Part shown: piece by piece, positions 58,949 through 64,000 of the stretch
Numbering within the stretch: position 1 is the stretch's first letter
How the letters are laid out: each line of letters begins with the position of its first letter
Sequence record: NC_135728.1
DNA length: 64,000 bases
DNA from: a phage
Strand: one strand, 5' to 3'
Program-made: the position numbers and the translations under genes
Notes under the pieces: model-generated
The model's database searches: none
What the model was told of the DNA's origin: nothing
The model's input: the letters and a program-made list of their open reading frames with translations, nothing else

Positions 58949-58977
58949 ATTCTACCACATCTAATTAAGATTGGCAA
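58949..58977 (-). promoter_or_regulatory. sigma70-like promoter (TTGCCA-17-TAGAAT) upstream of portal
   Basis: Hexamers with 17-bp spacer; a hairpin plus U-run (58901-58925) lies in the predicted leader. Confidence 0.4.
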
Positions 58978-58980
58978 CAC

Positions 58981-60069
58981 TTAGATAAAACGCTTGAACA
59001 TAGAAGGTGATGAGATTGATGGAATCACACAAGGAAGTGCTACCTCCTCTTTCTCCAGGAAATTAATTGCAGAAGCTACACAGTCAGCCCAGTCGTCTTT
59101 TCTGTTAAATGTTGATCTTTCCCCGTTGAATTTTTCAAGTTCGGTCAGAAATGCTTCCAGAGTATCAGGATGGAAACTGGATTTTACAATCCTCACCATC
59201 CCTTGTTGGGCAAGATTGGCAAAAGGTGAGAACCTTGTCAGTTTAGACTTGTTGGAAGGCATTGGGTCTTCTTCAACCCTGAACCCTTCTGCGAGCAAGG
59301 ATCTGGATGAGGTTAAGAACTCACTCTTACCTGCCTGACCAGGGTCCACAGAGAATACGATTATGCAATCATCACCATCAAACTGCGCCTGTTTCCTGAT
59401 GATCACATCTCGTTCACCAGCCTTTTTACAGAACTTGCCTTCCAGACCTGTGGAATACCTCCCGTCATCCACGTTTTCAGGACAATAATCCCCTGACAGG
59501 TAATAAAAGCCGTCGCTATCTTTACTTACCTTAATACTGGCAGTAAAGTCAGGAAATTTATTGCCAGAAGTTCTCTCGGTTCCTGCCTTATCCCATGCCC
59601 TGCAAGATACTGATCCAAGGGGTACTCTATCGGCATCACGAAGGAAAGATCTTTGAAAATAGTTTGCACCCTCAGGCTTTGCAAACCAGTTACCATGGAG
59701 AAGCTGAGCTTTTTCCAGCTCTGGTAGACCTTCGAGGAAAGCAAGGTATTCTGGGTTGTCTCTCAAACAGACAGGATTATCAAATATTGTTGCGCCTATG
59801 AACGAGAATGACAACGGTCTTGGCTTGATCTCTACACCCAGTCCGTTAACCGTGGTGTATTTCTCTATCAACTCTTCCTTAGAGTCTCCCCAAATAAATT
59901 CACCGTCGCGTCGGATAAAATATCTTTTCTTACCACATTTCTCCGGATCTGGATACCCTTCATCGTCCAACCACCATCTAACCAGTTTGGCAAGCATGTG
60001 TTCTGAATCAGGGTTACAGCTGATAACCATCCTTGATGGATACTTTGACTGAGATCGCAGACGAGACAT
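58981..60069 (-). CDS. terminase large subunit, exon 2 (nuclease domain); 5' boundary approximate
   Basis: Continues the ATPase exon after the intron; Asp/Glu-rich RNase-H-like C-terminal region; the real 3' splice site lies within about 50 nt upstream of the ATG at 60069. Confidence 0.7.
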   Translation of the reverse strand: MSRLRSQSKYPSRMVISCNPDSEHMLAKLVRWWLDDEGYPDPEKCGKKRYFIRRDGEFIWGDSKEELIEKYTTVNGLGVEIKPRPLSFSFIGATIFDNPVCLRDNPEYLAFLEGLPELEKAQLLHGNWFAKPEGANYFQRSFLRDADRVPLGSVSCRAWDKAGTERTSGNKFPDFTASIKVSKDSDGFYYLSGDYCPENVDDGRYSTGLEGKFCKKAGERDVIIRKQAQFDGDDCIIVFSVDPGQAGKSEFLTSSRSLLAEGFRVEEDPMPSNKSKLTRFSPFANLAQQGMVRIVKSSFHPDTLEAFLTELEKFNGERSTFNRKDDWADCVASAINFLEKEEVALPCVIPSISSPSMFKRFI

Positions 60070-60418
60070 CAGATAGTCTATCTGCTCCCATTCAAATTGT
60101 GTCGTTTATGTTCGGGCAAGGTCGCTAGTCTTGCCCCGCCATTTTCAGGCAGCTGCATGTCTCCATGCAGACCAGACTATATCTTATAAGCGACAACAAC
60201 CGCTTACCCTCCCGTTTCGAATCGCTTGATTCTACGTCTCTCGACTAGTCGTTGAACGTTCATCCTCTCGGATGCTTCGCTGCGGATTATCTAAATTAAC
60301 ACACTGTTACCCTACCTTCGATCTCTCTTCGAAGCCTCTATCATGTTACCATGACAGGTTGGTGGTGTCAATAATAAAGATTTCCCCGCAATTAGGGAGG
60401 TTTTACGAGAGCTGCAAA
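60070..60418 (-). ncRNA. group I self-splicing intron (ORF-less) in the terminase large subunit gene
   Basis: In mRNA sense, conserved core elements in canonical order: P AAUUGCGGGGAAA (60393-60381), Q AAUCCGCAGC (60288-60279), R GUUCAACGACUAGUC (60257-60243), S AAGAUAUAGUCU (60185-60174); in-frame TAA right after the exon-1 GGU. Confidence 0.8.
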
Positions 60419-60847
60419 TTAACCCTCATCGAAGCAAACCATGGTGTACTCAAGCCCCTGATGGTTAAGCTTATCTTGTACATACTCCATGTGGCAGTAT
60501 TTTACAACAGCTCCCTTTTTGCTTCTATCCCACTTACCAGTGTTCGGATCAAACCGTGGAAAAATGAACTTATGATCCTTCTCTCTGAACTTTGGCTTAA
60601 TGTTTTCAGGCAGATCACTATAAATAGCTACTGCTTTAGGCCATAGTCCACCCTCACCTTCCAACTGTGGGGTTGTTCTTCGGAACATAACCACAGAGCT
60701 GTGGGGGTCATCAATAATTTTAAGTGGCATCAACTGCAAGAGGAACGACTTGCCAGACCCTGCGGCACCTCCGATTACCAAAATATCTGCATCGTTTTCT
60801 AGGATCATCTTCTGCTTTTCAGAACACGGTCCGTAAATCTTAGACAT
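60419..60847 (-). CDS. terminase large subunit, exon 1 (ATPase domain)
   Basis: Walker A GGAAGSGKS and Walker B MVCFDEG; ORF ends ...GAU GAG GGU UAA at 60422/60419, with the stop probably intronic. Confidence 0.75.
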   Translation of the reverse strand: MSKIYGPCSEKQKMILENDADILVIGGAAGSGKSFLLQLMPLKIIDDPHSSVVMFRRTTPQLEGEGGLWPKAVAIYSDLPENIKPKFREKDHKFIFPRFDPNTGKWDRSKKGAVVKYCHMEYVQDKLNHQGLEYTMVCFDEG

Positions 60848-61134
60848 TAACCTCTCTCCTTTGGAAACAGTGTTCTAATATAGTCTTGCAAAATGATCAA
60901 TTTAGCTCTATCATTACTACAAGACAGATTATTATCCCTCATAATGCCAGAATTCACCGCATCTGGCGCACCTTTCTTCAAAGGCATAGCTCTAGCAGGT
61001 GGTTTCATGGCACCTTCTGGGGGTTTAACAATCAACCTTCCTACATCTGGAGTGTCAATCCTATATTCTCTCTCAACGCTGGTTGCACACCCACATAATA
61101 ACAAGCACACAATAAACAGTGTAGCAACTCTCAT
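60847..61134 (-). CDS. o-spanin-like outer-membrane lipoprotein (95 aa)
   Basis: Lipoprotein signal with lipobox LLLCGC; Pro-rich; immediately follows the i-spanin-like gene. Confidence 0.5.
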   Translation of the reverse strand: MRVATLFIVCLLLCGCATSVEREYRIDTPDVGRLIVKPPEGAMKPPARAMPLKKGAPDAVNSGIMRDNNLSCSNDRAKLIILQDYIRTLFPKERG

Positions 61135-61529
61135 CGATCCTCCTGATTGATACTCTCATTATAAATATCTATAAGCTGATCAGGGAGTGTTGACTTCTTA
61201 CCTTCAGGTGATTGGAGGTAGATAGTCTGCTTTTCTCTACCTGCCCTCTCAGCTATATTTAATTTATCCTGCAGATCAGAAAGAGATTTTTCAAGGTTTT
61301 TAACCTCCTCTGCGTGGCCCATTTTAATTTTGTCGGCCTGCTTTTGTTGCTGATCAAGGATCCGTTCCCACTTTAACTCTGTTGCTGACACACCCTCTTG
61401 GTAGGCATCATTAAGCTTAGAGTTAAACCAATACACGGCCCCAAGATAAGCTGTACCTATAGCCGCTGCAAAAACTAAACCTTTTATGATCCCTCTATAC
61501 CTACTAAGCCATGTTAAACCTGAAATCAT
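61131..61529 (-). CDS. i-spanin-like protein (132 aa)
   Basis: N-terminal transmembrane segment (GLVFAAAIGTAYLGAVYWF) followed by a coiled-coil-rich periplasmic region; overlaps the o-spanin gene start. Confidence 0.5.
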   Translation of the reverse strand: MISGLTWLSRYRGIIKGLVFAAAIGTAYLGAVYWFNSKLNDAYQEGVSATELKWERILDQQQKQADKIKMGHAEEVKNLEKSLSDLQDKLNIAERAGREKQTIYLQSPEGKKSTLPDQLIDIYNESINQEDR

Positions 61530-61634
61530 TTTAAGGCTCCAGAAACGAAAAAACCCCGCAGCTATACAGCTAACGGGGCGGGTTAAAATTGAGTAACCTA
61601 AATAGATCGAAACTAACTAAAAGGAGACTAATAC

Positions 61635-61904
61635 TTATCGAGGCACTCGGTGGATGATTCTAACAGTAACTGCATTTTCATTCATCAAGTATGCATCTAC
61701 ATCTCTGTAAATATAAAACTTCTGCTCACTATCAACAACACAAGCTACCGCCCCTTCAGAGTTGTCTTCAAAAAAGACCACCACTGCATCGCAGCTGAGT
61801 TCATGATATGACTCTCGAAGATTTACAGCCAGAGGATTGAAATCGTCACGAAAATCTACAGTATTGGTTGGATTTACACGCTCTACAATTTTAAGTGTAT
61901 ACAT
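61635..61904 (-). CDS. hypothetical protein (89 aa)
   Basis: ORF between the tRNA cluster and the spanins. Confidence 0.4.
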   Translation of the reverse strand: MYTLKIVERVNPTNTVDFRDDFNPLAVNLRESYHELSCDAVVVFFEDNSEGAVACVVDSEQKFYIYRDVDAYLMNENAVTVRIIHRVPR

Positions 61905-61950
61905 TTTAAAGGTTCCTTTCGTTTGTATATGTTTAAAGTATAACTAAAGG

Positions 61951-62027
61951 TGGTCTCCACGGAGTGATTCGAACACTCGACCTCCTGATCCCAAATCAGG
62001 CGCTCTACCAAGCTGAGCTACGCGGAG
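61951..62027 (-). tRNA. tRNA-Pro (anticodon UGG), CCA encoded
   Basis: Manual cloverleaf: acceptor CUCCGCG/CGUGGAG (C1-G72), D-arm GCUC/GAGC, anticodon loop UUUGGGA, T-loop UUCGAAU. Confidence 0.8.
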
Positions 62028-62038
62028 TATTTATAATT

Positions 62039-62113
62039 TGGTGGCCCTGGGTGGAATTGAACCACCATCTGGCGATTATGAGTCGCTTGCTTGAACCTTC
62101 CAGCTACAGGGCC
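62039..62113 (-). tRNA. tRNA-Met (anticodon CAU; elongator or Ile-lysidine type not resolved), CCA encoded
   Basis: Acceptor GGCCCUG/CAGGGCC, anticodon loop CUCAUAA, T-arm GGUGG-UUCAAUU-CCACC. Confidence 0.7.
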
Positions 62114-62114
62114 A

Positions 62115-62190
62115 TGGTGCTGATGGCAGGACTTGAACCTGCAACCTATTGATTACAAATCAATTGCACTGCCAATTGTGCTACATCAGC
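62115..62190 (-). tRNA. tRNA-Thr (anticodon UGU), CCA encoded
   Basis: Acceptor GCUGAUG/CAUCAGC, D-stem GCAC/GUGC, anticodon stem AUUGA/UCAAU, loop UUUGUAA, T-loop UUCAAGU. Confidence 0.8.
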
Positions 62191-62195
62191 AAAAA

Positions 62196-62294
62196 GGTGC
62201 TAGGCGGTGGAATCGAACCACCTATGTATTCAACGACTACCTCGTCTATTTTCAGGATTAAAAATCCTCGCCCTTGCCAAAGGGCTTACCTAGC
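62196..62294 (-). ncRNA. atypical tRNA-like element (~99 nt), possible disrupted tRNA-Lys(UUU) or stable tRNA-like RNA
   Basis: Canonical T-arm GGUGG-UUCGAUU-CCACC and acceptor GCUAGGU/GCCUAGC, but ~30 nt of extra sequence between the anticodon-like hairpin (AGGA-UUUUUAA-UCCU) and the T-arm; no encoded CCA. Confidence 0.4.
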
Positions 62295-62392
62295 TCAGTA
62301 TGTTGACCATGTTGCTAGTCGGCGATGACGACTGTAACATTTGATAATCCGGTTCTGCTTCCGGCTTTCGCTTAATTACAAGGTCAACAATG

Positions 62393-62483
62393 TGGCGGAG
62401 AGTAATGGAATCGAACCATCATCGAGTCATCCTCAATGGGACGGTTTTCAAGACCGCTTGAGCACCATTGCTCCCTACCCTCC
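62393..62483 (-). tRNA. tRNA-Ser (anticodon UGA), type II with long variable arm, CCA encoded
   Basis: Acceptor GGAGGGU/ACUCUCC, anticodon stem GCGGU/ACCGU, loop CUUGAAA, ~20-nt variable arm, T-loop UUCGAUU, discriminator G. Confidence 0.75.
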
Positions 62484-62598
62484 TTTATAAATTATACTGA
62501 TAATGACACTGATTTTCGAGCAGTTAGTGACTAGTATAAACGACGATAAATATCAATGCCATTATCTGTATTATTTACGCATCTAAAAAATATAAATT

Positions 62599-62685
62599 TG
62601 GTGGGGAGTGGTGGAGTCGAACCACCCGAGTCGCAATGACAATAGATTTACAGTCTACACCGCTACCTCTACGGGATAACTCCCC
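62599..62685 (-). tRNA. tRNA-Tyr (anticodon GUA), type II, CCA encoded
   Basis: Acceptor GGGGAGU/ACUCCCC, anticodon stem GUAGA/UCUAU, loop CUGUAAA, ~15-nt variable arm, T-loop UUCGACU. Confidence 0.75.
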
Positions 62686-62689
62686 AATT

Positions 62690-62764
62690 TGGCACCCCGT
62701 ACTGGACTCGAACCAGTGTCAACGGCTTAGAAGGCCGCTGCTTTATCCACTAAGCTAACAGGGC
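62690..62764 (-). tRNA. tRNA-Arg (anticodon UCU), CCA encoded
   Basis: Acceptor GCCCUGU/ACGGGGU (two G-U pairs), D-arm GCUU/AAGC, anticodon stem GCGGC/GCCGU, loop CUUCUAA, T-loop UUCGAGU. Confidence 0.75.
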
Positions 62765-62860
62765 ACTGGGTGGCTTTCTTTTACACCTTAGCCGCCAGAA
62801 AAGGTGGGAGACCATGTTTACAATATTACACTGTTAAGCAAAGTTTGTCAAGAAAATATT

Positions 62861-63199
62861 TTAGCTATTGCTAACAGGCTGTATTTCTGTAGTAAATGGC
62901 ATAAAAGGTGCTGGTTTTTCAGCCTCTTCTACTACCACCTCTTCCTCTTCACCAAACATCTCATCATATTCTTCCTGCATTCGGTCTGCCTTATCAAGAA
63001 CATACTCTGCAATGCTTTGACGAATATTTTGTTTGGTTTTCGGGTCCAACATCAGCTCTCTTAAAACTTTGTGAGCTTCTGGAACCATCGCTATGAAAGA
63101 TTCCTTCATATCAAGGATGTTCTTCTCTAGCTGAATGGCGTTGGACTCCTCTTTCAGAGGTCTGCCTCTACGGCGACGCTTTTTAGTTGTATCCGCCAT
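62861..63199 (-). CDS. small basic protein (112 aa), possible DNA-binding protein or terminase small subunit
   Basis: Start moved to the ATG at 63199 (MADTTKKRRRRGRP) with GGAGGAAAC RBS; Arg/Lys-rich N-terminus and acidic C-terminus; function speculative. Confidence 0.4.
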   Translation of the reverse strand: MADTTKKRRRRGRPLKEESNAIQLEKNILDMKESFIAMVPEAHKVLRELMLDPKTKQNIRQSIAEYVLDKADRMQEEYDEMFGEEEEVVVEEAEKPAPFMPFTTEIQPVSNS

Positions 63200-63545
63200 G
63201 TTTCCTCCATTATCACGTGATAGGTGGATTTTATCATAGCAAATACTGATTGTCAAGTTCGCCGCAGGGTGGTATTCCCTGCGACTTGTCCAGCGTCCTG
63301 GACCAGCAAGACCCAACAAGTGGGTTACCAGAGGCCTATTACCCGCGCTTCGGCCCGACCTTGTTACAGGTTGGCTGGGGTCACATCGTCATGTGCTGGC
63401 TGCCCCTACCATTTTAAGTGTGGTGCACTATCAAGCCCTCTGAGGGGAACTCAGCTTTCTCCGAACCCTGTTTCAAAGCATCCGGAGATAAAGCCATCAA
63501 ATTCATCTTTAAATTGGATATTCATCATGATACACGAAAACAACC

Positions 63546-63788
63546 TCATTGTAAAGCACAAATAAATAAAACATACTTAATTTGTTTGTTATCAGGCTCA
63601 GGGTAGAAGTAGAAGATCTTGCTATCACCGATCTGAACACCACCATCCCAACAGCATAGCCCATAACCTGTATTCATACAAGCTAAGTCGTTGGCAAAAT
63701 CTATTGCATCATCCAGTGCACGAAATTCACCTTCATCTTCTAAATAATCCTCATTCATGGAACGAAAAACGAGCTTAACCTTAAACAT
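63546..63788 (-). CDS. hypothetical protein (80 aa)
   Basis: ORF from track. Confidence 0.4.
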   Translation of the reverse strand: MFKVKLVFRSMNEDYLEDEGEFRALDDAIDFANDLACMNTGYGLCCWDGGVQIGDSKIFYFYPEPDNKQIKYVLFICALQ

Positions 63789-63864
63789 AGCATTACCTGT
63801 AGACCTCGTAAGTTAAAATTGCATCACATCATATTGCAGATCTTATCAGGTAACACTATTTTTG

Positions 63865-64000
63865 TCAACAGATTCCGGCCTTATCCTTCCTGTCTGCGTA
63901 TTCTTTAATCGCAACCTCATCTGCATTAGTGACCAGGTCTTCAAAGTAACTCTCAAGCTCCTCATCAATGTCAGGAGACCAGCTCTTTTTCCTGTCAGTG
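63865..64000 (-). CDS. hypothetical protein, C-terminal fragment (gene continues beyond the window)
   Basis: Open minus frame from the window edge to a TGA at 63865-63867 (...EYADRKDKAGIC*). Confidence 0.3.
   Translation of the reverse strand, partial: TDRKKSWSPDIDEELESYFEDLVTNADEVAIKEYADRKDKAGIC

Noticed and set aside
60272-60646. 124-aa plus-strand ORF spanning the terminase interruption
   Set aside because: It is antisense to the terminase exon and runs through the intron core elements; no RBS and no coding signature. Treated as a chance frame, not a homing endonuclease.
61951-62764. tRNA cluster as a prophage integration site
   Set aside because: No integrase, excisionase or att-like duplicated tRNA 3' end is present; the tRNAs are complete and co-oriented with phage late genes.

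Overview
This window reads as a large segment of a tailed-phage (Caudoviricetes) genome with no host-like genes. Three transcription blocks are visible: a leftward block of small early-type genes (1-6602, minus), a rightward block (6745-13692, plus) reached from a divergent promoter pair, and a long leftward structural/late block (13740-64000, minus) separated from it by a bidirectional terminator. The late block runs, in transcription order: a basic small protein, a cluster of six tRNAs plus one atypical tRNA-like element, a spanin pair, the terminase large subunit, portal, protease-like protein, scaffold, decoration-like protein, major capsid protein, neck proteins, sheath-like and tube-like proteins, tail chaperones, tape measure, baseplate and spike proteins, several large fibre/spike proteins, a lambda-J-like central fibre, duplicated tail fibres with an assembly chaperone, and a 1878-aa giant protein. 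The most notable feature is that the terminase large subunit gene is split by a 349-bp ORF-less group I intron carrying all four conserved core elements (P, Q, R, S). Other observations are a 29-bp perfect inverted repeat covering two translation starts, a tandem array of four small paralogous genes, a candidate -1 frameshift in the tail chaperone, a MoxR-type ATPase and a vWA-metallopeptidase protein in separate units, and reused promoter and terminator motifs. Functional calls rest on motifs read from the ORF translations and on gene order; no database search was run, and many ORF-track starts are GTG/TTG, so some start coordinates are approximate.
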